From the IMG/VR virus record IMGVR_UViG_3300042870_001240: 64,000 nt of DNA, one strand, 5' to 3'. Within the stretch, counting starts at the first letter, position 1, and each line of letters begins with the position of its first letter. A program made the position numbers and the translations under genes. Source of the DNA: a virus. Taxonomy: Duplodnaviria; Caudoviricetes. Below, piece by piece: positions 47,141 to 56,296 of the stretch. The notes under the pieces were generated by a model. It was not told the DNA's origin and did not search any database. It saw only the letters and a program-made list of their open reading frames with translations.

Positions 47141-47710
47141 TTATTTTTTAGAGTATTCGTTAAGTAATTTTATTTCAGAGTCGCACAAAGAGGGGTAACC
47201 CTCGTCAATTATTTTATCTAAAAGTTGGTCTAAAGTTTTTACTTTAGGTTTATCTTTATAGTTTATTTCTTTTAATATATCATCTTCATCTTGATTGATT
47301 ATTTCTTTTAATAAAGAATCTAAACCATTTTCAAGTTCTCTAATGAACAATTTTTGTACCTCAACCTGTTCTTCTTTAGTATTTTCAACAATTATACCTG
47401 TTTTGTCAGGATTAAAAAGATGTTTCTCCACACTTCTATCCAACCAATATGACATTTTGTCAGGTTCGTACGGGGATAAGAAATAAACAATTTCTGATGC
47501 TCCCAACATAAATTGAAAAAAATCTTTAATACTATCCAAACTTTCAAGTGAATTGAAAGTAATTATTGCGGATTCAGAACCAAAATAATATTGTACGTCA
47601 GTTGAGTCAGTTAATGTAACAATTTCTTCACCCAAAATTGTTACGAATTTTTCTTGTTCTTTGTGTTTCGCAAAAAGGAATAATATGTATTTCATATATT
47701 TATATTTCAT
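47141..47710 (-). CDS. Hypothetical protein
   Basis: C-terminal LDQLLDKIIDEGYPSL motif. Confidence 0.7.
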   Translation of the reverse strand: MKYKYMKYILFLFAKHKEQEKFVTILGEEIVTLTDSTDVQYYFGSESAIITFNSLESLDSIKDFFQFMLGASEIVYFLSPYEPDKMSYWLDRSVEKHLFNPDKTGIIVENTKEEQVEVQKLFIRELENGLDSLLKEIINQDEDDILKEINYKDKPKVKTLDQLLDKIIDEGYPSLCDSEIKLLNEYSKK

Positions 47711-47746
47711 TCCACAAATGTACTATTCTTTTATGGTTCTACAAAA

Positions 47747-50119
47747 TTATTGTGAGACAAAACTGACATTATCCTCTTTTTTGATTTTAACAACATTATC
47801 AGCCCAATTAGTTACCAAAGGATTATGTGTAATAACAAAAATTTTCTCGAAATATTCTTTAATCTTAGTGAAAAATTCTGCAACCATGTCCAAATTATCA
47901 TTTGATATTTTTCCAAATATTTCGTCAAACACTACGATATTTGGTTTTGGTAATGAACAAATTTTACTTAACACTGCTCTTAACGCTAAAGACGCAATGG
48001 TTCTTTCGTAACCTGAACCTGACGCCATCAGTTTTTCCACTTGGGTATTATTATCAATCATCAAGAACTCAACCTCATTCTTATCATTAATGTTAACTTC
48101 CAATCTGAAGTGAGAACTGTCCTCTAACAATCTTTGTAATTCAGAATTGATTAATGGCATCATGGTTTTCATAATCATTTTTGATACCCCATTTTTACCA
48201 TATATCTCCAAGTATATTTTGTATATTTTTTCTCGTTCAGCTTCTTCACCAATCTTAACAATTGTTTTTAGATTTTGTTCAATCTTATCTTTAAACGTTT
48301 GAATTTGATAATCGTTACTGTTTATTTTTTTAGTTGTGTTATTTTTTTCAACATCGAGGTCATCTAAACGTAAACCCGCCTTAATTAATTGGGTTTCAAT
48401 TTTTTCGTTAGATGTTATTTTATCTTGTAATTCATTATATTTCGTTAACTTCTCTTGAAGTCCTTTAATTTTTAAATCAAATCCTTCGATACTAAGTTCA
48501 TATTTTTCTTTGATTAATTTGTTTTTCTCATACTCATCAAACTCTTTTTTAAGGTGTACGAAACCTTGTTCTTTGACGGATAAATCCTGCATTAACCCCG
48601 AAATTTGGTCTTTTTGCATGATATATCCGTCAAGTTCGGCTATTTTAGATTGGGTAATTGATGCCATCATTAAATCAATTCCACAATGTTCACATTTGAT
48701 TCCACCGTCAACAGAACTTTTTAAATCCTCAATAGTTTTTATCTTATGGTCAACATCAACTTTTTTCTTATACTCCTCATTGTAGTCTTCCTTAACTTTA
48801 TCGTGTTCATCCTCATGATAAAAAGAGGATGGTTCCACAACCTTTATCTCAGATAATTGTTTTTCAACACCTTGTCTTTGACTTTTAAGAGTTATTATAT
48901 CCGTAGTTACTTTATCAGGAGAAAGTAAACTAATTTCTTTATCAATGTCAGTATGTTTACTTTTCAATAAATTATCTCTGTATTCCTGACCTTTAATGAT
49001 TCGGTCTTGAACATCAATTAAATCTTTTTGTAGTCGTTGGTTTTCTTCATTTAATTCAACTATTTTAGAATTATAATCCTCATTATCCGTTTTTAACTTC
49101 TCACTACTATAGATGTTAGACATCATTGATTTGGAGAAATCACTATAAATTTCTTTACCAGCATCTTCTTTCTTCTTAAGGAAGTCCAATCCCATAAATC
49201 TTGACAATACTTGTCCTCGAGCCGTTGGTTTAGAATCAATCAAATCTTCCAAGTTAGTCGCGGTAGTTAAGATTGTCATTAAGAAATCTTCTTTAGACCC
49301 AATAGACGTTTTAATGAACGCCTCAGTTTCTCGTCTTTGTTCTCCAGTAAAGTTTTGTAAACTACCGTCAAACAACTTTTTAAAGAAGTCCAATTCAGTC
49401 TTAACATTCCACTCACCTGCCTTAGATTTTTTTCTCTCAATGTTTCTAACAATGATGTATTCATCACCATCGATAATAATTTCCCCCTTAACGGATACTT
49501 TGTTCTTATCGGTAAATCGATTGAACACTTCTTCGGCTTTGGATGTTTTAGTTGTCTCATTAAAAAATAAGAACAATAGTAAATCCACCGTTAGGACTGT
49601 TTTTCCCCCAAAATTGGGCGGATTAGACTCAACAACAGAAATCCCATCACATTTTTCAAAATCCAATTTTTGATTCTCACCATATGAAAGGAAATTTGAG
49701 AACTCAATGTTCTTAATGAACCATCGTTTAAACGGACTGACTTCATTGTTATTAACTAATAATTTATTGTCAACAATCCCGTCAAGATGAATAACCTCAT
49801 CAAAATATTTCTCTAAAGATTTGGAGGTTAAATATGTTTTAACTAATTCGGACTGATAATTCTTGTCCAAGATATTAAAAGAGATATCGACTGTGTGAGT
49901 AACATCATCACTAGCCTTGGTCTTAGTAATAACATTTACATTAGTCGTGTTATATTTCTTTTGAAAGTAATGTCTAACGCTTTTAATCTTCTCTTGAGTA
50001 AAATTTTCAGCGTAGTCATCCCATACAACTTGCACATATGGATTATCTAAAGTTTCAAACTCTAATTCTTTATTCATTATTTTATAATTAAATTCTATTG
50101 GGGGATTGAACAAATCCAT
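47747..50119 (-). CDS. sbcC: SbcC/Rad50 (gp46-like) ATPase
   Basis: NFLSYG, NFGGKT, zinc hook CEHC, SGSGYE, VVFDE, ITH. Confidence 0.9.
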   Translation of the reverse strand: MDLFNPPIEFNYKIMNKELEFETLDNPYVQVVWDDYAENFTQEKIKSVRHYFQKKYNTTNVNVITKTKASDDVTHTVDISFNILDKNYQSELVKTYLTSKSLEKYFDEVIHLDGIVDNKLLVNNNEVSPFKRWFIKNIEFSNFLSYGENQKLDFEKCDGISVVESNPPNFGGKTVLTVDLLLFLFFNETTKTSKAEEVFNRFTDKNKVSVKGEIIIDGDEYIIVRNIERKKSKAGEWNVKTELDFFKKLFDGSLQNFTGEQRRETEAFIKTSIGSKEDFLMTILTTATNLEDLIDSKPTARGQVLSRFMGLDFLKKKEDAGKEIYSDFSKSMMSNIYSSEKLKTDNEDYNSKIVELNEENQRLQKDLIDVQDRIIKGQEYRDNLLKSKHTDIDKEISLLSPDKVTTDIITLKSQRQGVEKQLSEIKVVEPSSFYHEDEHDKVKEDYNEEYKKKVDVDHKIKTIEDLKSSVDGGIKCEHCGIDLMMASITQSKIAELDGYIMQKDQISGLMQDLSVKEQGFVHLKKEFDEYEKNKLIKEKYELSIEGFDLKIKGLQEKLTKYNELQDKITSNEKIETQLIKAGLRLDDLDVEKNNTTKKINSNDYQIQTFKDKIEQNLKTIVKIGEEAEREKIYKIYLEIYGKNGVSKMIMKTMMPLINSELQRLLEDSSHFRLEVNINDKNEVEFLMIDNNTQVEKLMASGSGYERTIASLALRAVLSKICSLPKPNIVVFDEIFGKISNDNLDMVAEFFTKIKEYFEKIFVITHNPLVTNWADNVVKIKKEDNVSFVSQ

Positions 50120-50120
50120 T

Positions 50121-50363
50121 TTATTTCTCTAACTCCGAAACTTGGTCTTCAGTTGGGGTAACCTCTTCGTTACTAAGAACATCAATAATGTTCTCGGCAC
50201 TTAATTCATCATTTTCAGTTAATCCTGAAAATTTGTTTTGAAACGCTTGTAGTTGTTGTTCCATCATTTGAAGATATTTTTTCTCCGTTTGTTTTTTTTC
50301 GAGTCTAATGTTCTCGTTTCTTTTTGCGATTTTTGCTCTGTGAGCCTTTGATGCTTTACCCAT
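50121..50363 (-). CDS. Hypothetical protein
   Basis: 80-aa ORF. Confidence 0.65.
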   Translation of the reverse strand: MGKASKAHRAKIAKRNENIRLEKKQTEKKYLQMMEQQLQAFQNKFSGLTENDELSAENIIDVLSNEEVTPTEDQVSELEK

Positions 50364-50364
50364 G

Positions 50365-50913
50365 TTATATTGTATTATTTGTTAATTGTTCTATTAATTC
50401 TTCAGTTGATAACTCTCTTAACTTGTCTTGGTGTTTTTGATATTTTTCTTGTTCGAATTTTTTTCTGAATAATTCAATATTATTATCCAAAGTACTCATG
50501 TGTTTATTAATCTCCATTTGTTCTTCGTCATCATCAGTCATGTATACCTTCATAAAAGTATCATCCATGGTTGGTTTAAAATTATCCACCGTCTTTATGA
50601 AGTTTTTAATCCCGTCTTGGGCAATACCAATTCCTTTATTAAATTTGGTCTTTACCTCAATTCGTTTATATTGTTCGAACCTCACATGGTCACCAGTACT
50701 ATTAAAGTGAACATCAACGTTTTCGTTCTCCAAAAATTCAAAGATGTCTACCAATAAATCTTCATCATTAATAATACCCATATTTTCAAGTAAACTAAAA
50801 AATGTATTGGATTCAATGACCCATCGTTGTTTAATGTTTTCTTGTAATCGTTTTAAAACAAAGTCAGTTAGTTTTGACATAGATTTATTATTTTGTTGGT
50901 TTGTTTTCTTCAA
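50365..50913 (-). CDS. Hypothetical protein
   Basis: 182-aa ORF. Confidence 0.65.
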   Translation of the reverse strand: MKKTNQQNNKSMSKLTDFVLKRLQENIKQRWVIESNTFFSLLENMGIINDEDLLVDIFEFLENENVDVHFNSTGDHVRFEQYKRIEVKTKFNKGIGIAQDGIKNFIKTVDNFKPTMDDTFMKVYMTDDDEEQMEINKHMSTLDNNIELFRKKFEQEKYQKHQDKLRELSTEELIEQLTNNTI

Positions 50914-51238
50914 ACCATTCTACAATTGCGTTTATCGCCCACACAGCTCCTGATGATAATATACCATCAAAAAACCATCCACACCATAATGGCAATCCAA
51001 ATAATACCATAGATGGAGAGAATACCACTAATGATAAAAACCAACCGCCATGGAAACCAAAACACATGGGACAGGTTAATATACCTGAAATAAATTTACC
51101 AACAAATTGAAATGGTGTATATGGATTTTCTCCCCATTTATTAAAAAAATCTCTTAATCCTTGGAAAATACTTCCGAAGACCATAATGTTCATAAGTCCG
51201 TAACTTAAAATGAACCAAGTTAAAATGTTAATTGTCAT
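50888..51238 (-). CDS. Membrane protein (DUF1360-like)
   Basis: LTCPMCFGFH between TM segments. Confidence 0.55.
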   Translation of the reverse strand: MTINILTWFILSYGLMNIMVFGSIFQGLRDFFNKWGENPYTPFQFVGKFISGILTCPMCFGFHGGWFLSLVVFSPSMVLFGLPLWCGWFFDGILSSGAVWAINAIVEWFEENKPTK

Positions 51239-51241
51239 AAT

Positions 51242-51913
51242 TTATATGTTTTTTGTTAGGTTCGACCCTTTCATATAGACCGCACCTTGATTTATGTTTA
51301 GTTGTTCTAATTGTTTGATAGTCCCCTCAAGTTCTTGTATTTTTGTATTTTTATCTGTAAGTTCTTTTCTTAATTTATTCAAGGTATCTTGTAACATCAC
51401 CACTTTATCGTTAGACACACCAACTTCTTTAATCACCTCAACAATCTTTTCCACTTCAACAATCTTCTCAACCTCAACAATCTTCTCAATAATAATCGGT
51501 TCAGGATTGTCACAAATCTTTCCTATATTTGTGACAGAATTTTCTTCTTTTTTGTCGTAAATATATACTATTTTTTCGACAGGAACTTCCACTTTTATCT
51601 CTTTAATAACCTCTCTATCAACATACTCAATAACTTTAACTTCCGTGGGGGGTGTGGGAACTTCTTTAATGATTTCAACGATTTTTTCCACAATAACCTC
51701 AACAGGAACCTCCACCCGTTTTTCAACAATGATTTCTTTTACTTCATTATCAACCTCACCAATGATACCATATTTTTCTAAATTAAAACCTTTCTTAAAA
51801 CATTTATTAATAAATCCATCAATATCCATAATCTTGTTTAACAAACAAAAATCATAGATTTCTTTGGTATTTTTAATATCAATATTATACATTTGTGAGT
51901 TTTTCTTTTCCAT
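51242..51913 (-). CDS. Protein with VE(K/V)xV low-complexity repeats and coiled coil
   Basis: VEVPVEVIVEKIVE; IVEVEK repeats. Confidence 0.7.
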   Translation of the reverse strand: MEKKNSQMYNIDIKNTKEIYDFCLLNKIMDIDGFINKCFKKGFNLEKYGIIGEVDNEVKEIIVEKRVEVPVEVIVEKIVEIIKEVPTPPTEVKVIEYVDREVIKEIKVEVPVEKIVYIYDKKEENSVTNIGKICDNPEPIIIEKIVEVEKIVEVEKIVEVIKEVGVSNDKVVMLQDTLNKLRKELTDKNTKIQELEGTIKQLEQLNINQGAVYMKGSNLTKNI

Positions 51914-52667
51914 CTATAATATCCTCAAATGATTTTATTTTAAATGAAAGATACGGCTTTGGATTATGTAAATCAACAAATGAATATTCATCTGATTCTA
52001 AATTGTAGATTCCGAACCCGTGTTTAGTAACAGTTTCCCCAAAATTTTGTTGCAAACATGAACCTATCATGACACCCCTCTTACCATTTGGGATGTTAAA
52101 AACAGAACGTTTATGAACATCTCCACATAGAACAAGGTCTAACCCATTAAATTTTTCAACATCATAAGCATGTGAGCCAAAATCAAAACCTAAATCCGTA
52201 GTTAACCCCGCCACCGGGTCATGAAACAATCCAATCTTAAATCCAACCGCCGTATTAATTTCAGGAGGAACATTCCCTTGAAATTGTGAATACACACACC
52301 AAGACACATTTTCATCCTCATAGACACCTCTGTTCTTGTAATAAACAATATTTGGATTATTCAAATTATCAACAATAGGACTTATACTATCCAATCTATC
52401 ATTATTATTAATTAAGGCATCATGATTTCCAGGTATAAGTATTGTTTTAGCAATTAAAGAACATTCCGTTAATACCCAAGACGCGATTTCAATAACTTCC
52501 GGACTTAATTGATTTTTTGAGTGAAGTAGGTCACCAGTAAAGACTATTCTACAAGGTTTAATCTCTCTAAATTTTTCTAACATATCATTGAGTATTAACC
52601 TATAAAGGTCGTGGTCTTTGAATAATTTTAGATGTAAATCACTAAAATGACAAATGGTCTTAATCAT
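51885..52667 (-). CDS. sbcD: SbcD/Mre11 (gp47-like) metallophosphoesterase
   Basis: SDLH, GDLLH, GNHD, GDVH. Confidence 0.85.
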   Translation of the reverse strand: MIKTICHFSDLHLKLFKDHDLYRLILNDMLEKFREIKPCRIVFTGDLLHSKNQLSPEVIEIASWVLTECSLIAKTILIPGNHDALINNNDRLDSISPIVDNLNNPNIVYYKNRGVYEDENVSWCVYSQFQGNVPPEINTAVGFKIGLFHDPVAGLTTDLGFDFGSHAYDVEKFNGLDLVLCGDVHKRSVFNIPNGKRGVMIGSCLQQNFGETVTKHGFGIYNLESDEYSFVDLHNPKPYLSFKIKSFEDIIDGKEKLTNV

Positions 52668-53610
52668 ATTTTTTACTTTCTTTTTTAAGTTTCATCATTT
52701 TTTTCACTTCTTTGTGATATTTTTCAACTTCATAAATCTTGTCTTCAACTTCCTTACCTTTTTTTAATATTTCCGCAAGTCTACCCGTATAACGATTAAT
52801 CCCTTGATTTTCCAAAAACTCATCAATTATTTTCTCAGTGATTATCTTAGGGTCAGTTCCAACCTCATCAATAAATTTATCTTTTAAATGTGATGGGATA
52901 ATTTTATTATTTAACCTCAATTCAATTTCACCAGGTTTAATCACATTTGTTTCTAAATAAAATACTTTATAACCAACATCTTCAGGTTTATTCACAGTTA
53001 AATCTACACCATAAACGTTTCTGTTAATTTCAGACCCATCATTGTTGTCTATCACCTCAAATAACCCTCTTACCAAAACACCTCTAAGTCCTTTAGTTTT
53101 GTATTCTTCAGGGTTATCCAAAACATCATCCAATAACTTATGAATGTCATTTCTTAATGTTAATTCATCATTAGCACCAGACACGTCTTGAGCCATTTCA
53201 GGTGACCAAGTTAATAAAATATGTTTTCTTGGTTCAAATGTGTCAATATCATAAATTGTCGGACCCATAGCAGCACCATTCTTAACAGGTTTAAGTAATC
53301 GACTTGGGTCATACATTTCAGGAGTTAAACCTAACGATAATAGATAACATCTACCTTTAAATTCTGTTAAATCAGAAAGTTTAATAGTGTTAGTTGTGTA
53401 AATTTCGCCATTTTTACCTTTAACCAACGGCATCGTTAAAATATCTAACGAATCGCATTTAGCAAATTCATCACATTCTTTAATTATGTTTTTATATTTA
53501 TCCAATTCATTACCATAAAAACAAGTCTCATCAGTAAACTTGTCATTGGTTAACATTGGATTATCTTTTTTACTAATTAAAGCTACTTCTAAAAATTCTT
53601 TTAATTTCAT
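52660..53610 (-). CDS. Hypothetical protein
   Basis: 316-aa ORF. Confidence 0.7.
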   Translation of the reverse strand: MKLKEFLEVALISKKDNPMLTNDKFTDETCFYGNELDKYKNIIKECDEFAKCDSLDILTMPLVKGKNGEIYTTNTIKLSDLTEFKGRCYLLSLGLTPEMYDPSRLLKPVKNGAAMGPTIYDIDTFEPRKHILLTWSPEMAQDVSGANDELTLRNDIHKLLDDVLDNPEEYKTKGLRGVLVRGLFEVIDNNDGSEINRNVYGVDLTVNKPEDVGYKVFYLETNVIKPGEIELRLNNKIIPSHLKDKFIDEVGTDPKIITEKIIDEFLENQGINRYTGRLAEILKKGKEVEDKIYEVEKYHKEVKKMMKLKKESKKYD

Positions 53611-53657
53611 ATTTTTTATTATTTATTTTCTTTTATCAATCAAATCATTGATTCATA

Positions 53658-53897
53658 TTACATCACTATTTTTGGTGGTCTACCTAAATCATCATCGTCC
53701 TTAGTTGTTAAAGGTACTGAGATAGGATTAAAATATTGTTGTTGAGTTTTTGACAATTTAGAGAATTTCTCAAGGTCAAAGTCATCTTTCACCTCCCCCA
53801 TTTTTTCAACTATCGGGGTAATGTCGATGTGTTTATTTTCAAGTTTACCGTATAAGTAACCCTCTAACCAACTATAAAATTGTTTGTGATTTATCAT
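53658..53897 (-). CDS. Hypothetical protein
   Basis: 79-aa ORF. Confidence 0.65.
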   Translation of the reverse strand: MINHKQFYSWLEGYLYGKLENKHIDITPIVEKMGEVKDDFDLEKFSKLSKTQQQYFNPISVPLTTKDDDDLGRPPKIVM

Positions 53898-53912
53898 TTT
53901 ACATATTAAAAT

Positions 53913-54122
53913 TTAGAATAATTCAAATTCAGGATTAACATGACCACATCCACTACACATATATGTTGGAAATGGGACAAGAGTATCTTCTGAACTACCT
54001 GTTAATATTTTACTTACTTTTTTTATCAATATAACTTCTTTAAAGTATTTTGAGTTACATTTCTCACACTCAACCGTTGGTTGTTGTTTTAGGTCAATTT
54101 TTGGTTTTAAAATATCGTCCAT
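53913..54122 (-). CDS. Zinc-ribbon protein
   Basis: CEKC...CSGCGH. Confidence 0.75.
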   Translation of the reverse strand: MDDILKPKIDLKQQPTVECEKCNSKYFKEVILIKKVSKILTGSSEDTLVPFPTYMCSGCGHVNPEFELF

Positions 54123-54238
54123 CTTATTTAATTATATAATTTATTTTTAATCCTTTTGAGAAATTATTATCCCAAGTTGTGGTATATACCCACGTAATTG
54201 TTATATCATTTTCCATACTAAAATATAGTCATTTGGTT

Positions 54239-55096
54239 TTACTTAGTCAAATACTTTTTCATATCCATATCCATTATGGTTTGTTGAACTTCTTTTGGAA
54301 CTCGGAATTCCTCATAGTCACCAGTGTCTTTAACAAGAACTATAATACAACCATAAAGTTTGATATTCTCATATTTGGAACCTTGTAACATTTTAAGTAA
54401 TAATTTCCCATAAAACGGTAATTGTGTAAAATAATGCCCTAAAGCATTGTTTGGGTGTTTTTGGAAGGGATATTTCATTCTTGTCGTAAAATGACTCTCT
54501 TCAAAGTTCTTTTTTTTATTACTTTTCCAATCTGTTATCATTAAACCAACCTCAGTTTTTTCCTTATTCATAATTAACCATACCTTGTCAGGTTGTCCAG
54601 TGTAGGCCAGTTCTGGGTCACCTAATACAATCTCCGTATCAAGTAAAACCGCCCCTCTTTCAACCATAAGATTCAAATAATCAGTTCCGGCAGAAACCAT
54701 AGAGTCACTTTTAAGTATTTGGGTAAAATCACACTCAAAAATGGGTTGTCTTACTTCTTTATAAGAACCAAACATTTCAATAGTTTTCTTTTCCAACAGG
54801 TAATGAACCCTACTTCCCATATTGGTTGAATAATCTCCAGCAGCTTTCCATTCATCAAGTAATTGTCGTTGAACTTCGGGGTCTCCCTTAGCCTTCTTTA
54901 ATGAAATACCTTCACTATCAAACTCTTCGTAAAAATATTTCATCACCTTACTAACAGATGGATAATCACTTCGGATTACTCCGGTTTCATCCTTCATATA
55001 ATAGGTGTGAGTATCTTCAACAAATGTTAATTCTAACTCTTCTCTTCTTTTTTGTAATATGTCACGAATCTCGTTCGCAGTCTTATTTAAATCCAT
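54239..55096 (-). CDS. PD-(D/E)XK exonuclease
   Basis: PSVS, GSRVH, TE, GQPD, DWKS, QLPFY. Confidence 0.85.
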   Translation of the reverse strand: MDLNKTANEIRDILQKRREELELTFVEDTHTYYMKDETGVIRSDYPSVSKVMKYFYEEFDSEGISLKKAKGDPEVQRQLLDEWKAAGDYSTNMGSRVHYLLEKKTIEMFGSYKEVRQPIFECDFTQILKSDSMVSAGTDYLNLMVERGAVLLDTEIVLGDPELAYTGQPDKVWLIMNKEKTEVGLMITDWKSNKKKNFEESHFTTRMKYPFQKHPNNALGHYFTQLPFYGKLLLKMLQGSKYENIKLYGCIIVLVKDTGDYEEFRVPKEVQQTIMDMDMKKYLTK

Positions 55097-55995
55097 TATC
55101 TTATTGTTATATAGTAATCATCAATCTGCCCCTTTAAATCAGCAACATCAGAATCACCTGTTAATTTTATTATTTTAATTTTACCGTATAATCTACCCCC
55201 ATTTAAATTATGATATAGTTTAACCGCATCTTGGAACGCATCACTATCCAAACAAAGAACGATATTACCGTTTGCTTTCTCATATAAAGTGGTTAATAAT
55301 AAGTCAGACATATGTTTACCCAACATAGCGATACTATTTGGTAGAAATATCGCATCAAACGCACCCTCACAAAGATAAATGTCTTCATCCCAATTAATCA
55401 TATTCTCAAAAAAAATTATCTCATCTTTAGGACACTCAGGGTTTTTGTATTTGGCACGACTATTTGGGTCCCAACTTCTGGCAATAAAATAATTTAATTG
55501 ATTCTTATTATTATAAGATGGGATTATAATCCTACCTGAGAACGAACCCTTATCACAAAAACCTATACCATACTTCTCAATAATATTATCAGTAATTCCA
55601 CGCTTAATTAAATAATTATATGCCTGTCTACGAATAGGATATACCAAACTACTATCTTTAAATTGGGTAAATCCTTCAGGTAATTTTAATTTGTTTTTTT
55701 GTTTTTCTTTTGGTTTTTGTTCTTCGGGTTGAAGTAGGTTGTAAATTTTCTTTTGTTTTTTATTACCATACTTATCAATCAACTTACCAAGAGTTCCGTG
55801 AGTCCCATTTATGTCTCCACACGCCCAACAATGAAACAAATGTTTTTCTAACGAAACTTCTAAATTACCTTTCCTCTCTTCTAAACCACATTCGGGACAA
55901 TTATATCCGTATTGCAATTTTGAATCATAGACTTTTTCAGGGTCACCCAAAATTTCGTGTAAAATCTCTAATAGTATTTCTTTATCATCAGACAT
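55096..55995 (-). CDS. dnaG: DNA primase (Zn finger + Toprim)
   Basis: CPEC...HCWAC, GRIIIP, CEGAFDA, LDSDA. Confidence 0.88.
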   Translation of the reverse strand: MSDDKEILLEILHEILGDPEKVYDSKLQYGYNCPECGLEERKGNLEVSLEKHLFHCWACGDINGTHGTLGKLIDKYGNKKQKKIYNLLQPEEQKPKEKQKNKLKLPEGFTQFKDSSLVYPIRRQAYNYLIKRGITDNIIEKYGIGFCDKGSFSGRIIIPSYNNKNQLNYFIARSWDPNSRAKYKNPECPKDEIIFFENMINWDEDIYLCEGAFDAIFLPNSIAMLGKHMSDLLLTTLYEKANGNIVLCLDSDAFQDAVKLYHNLNGGRLYGKIKIIKLTGDSDVADLKGQIDDYYITIR

Positions 55996-56077
55996 GGATT
56001 AAAAATAAGAAATATAATAATAGTTGTCAATCTTCACAAGTTTTATAGGTTCATTATATTTATCTAAAAAGAATAAA

Positions 56078-56296
56078 ATGCCCACAGACATTACAATCAA
56101 CACAATTACGGGGTCGTCACCATTTGATGTTTATTTATGTGATAATCCGATTACAACATGTATATATATTGACACAATTTCGTCAACACCATATGTATTC
56201 GAAATTCCATCCATAATATCAAGTCAAAACGACTTTAATTTAAAAATTGTTGATAACAATAATTGTACTGTAATTGAAAACCTAAGTTTATTATGA
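56078..56296 (+). CDS. Small virion-type protein
   Basis: Probable start MPTDITI at 56078 after ATATTTAT; paralogous to 58285-58512. Confidence 0.7.
   Translation: MPTDITINTITGSSPFDVYLCDNPITTCIYIDTISSTPYVFEIPSIISSQNDFNLKIVDNNNCTVIENLSLL

Noticed and set aside
54239-55096. Cas4 as adaptation partner for the arrays
   Set aside because: Lacks the four Fe-S cysteines and sits beside primase; an ordinary PD-(D/E)XK exonuclease.
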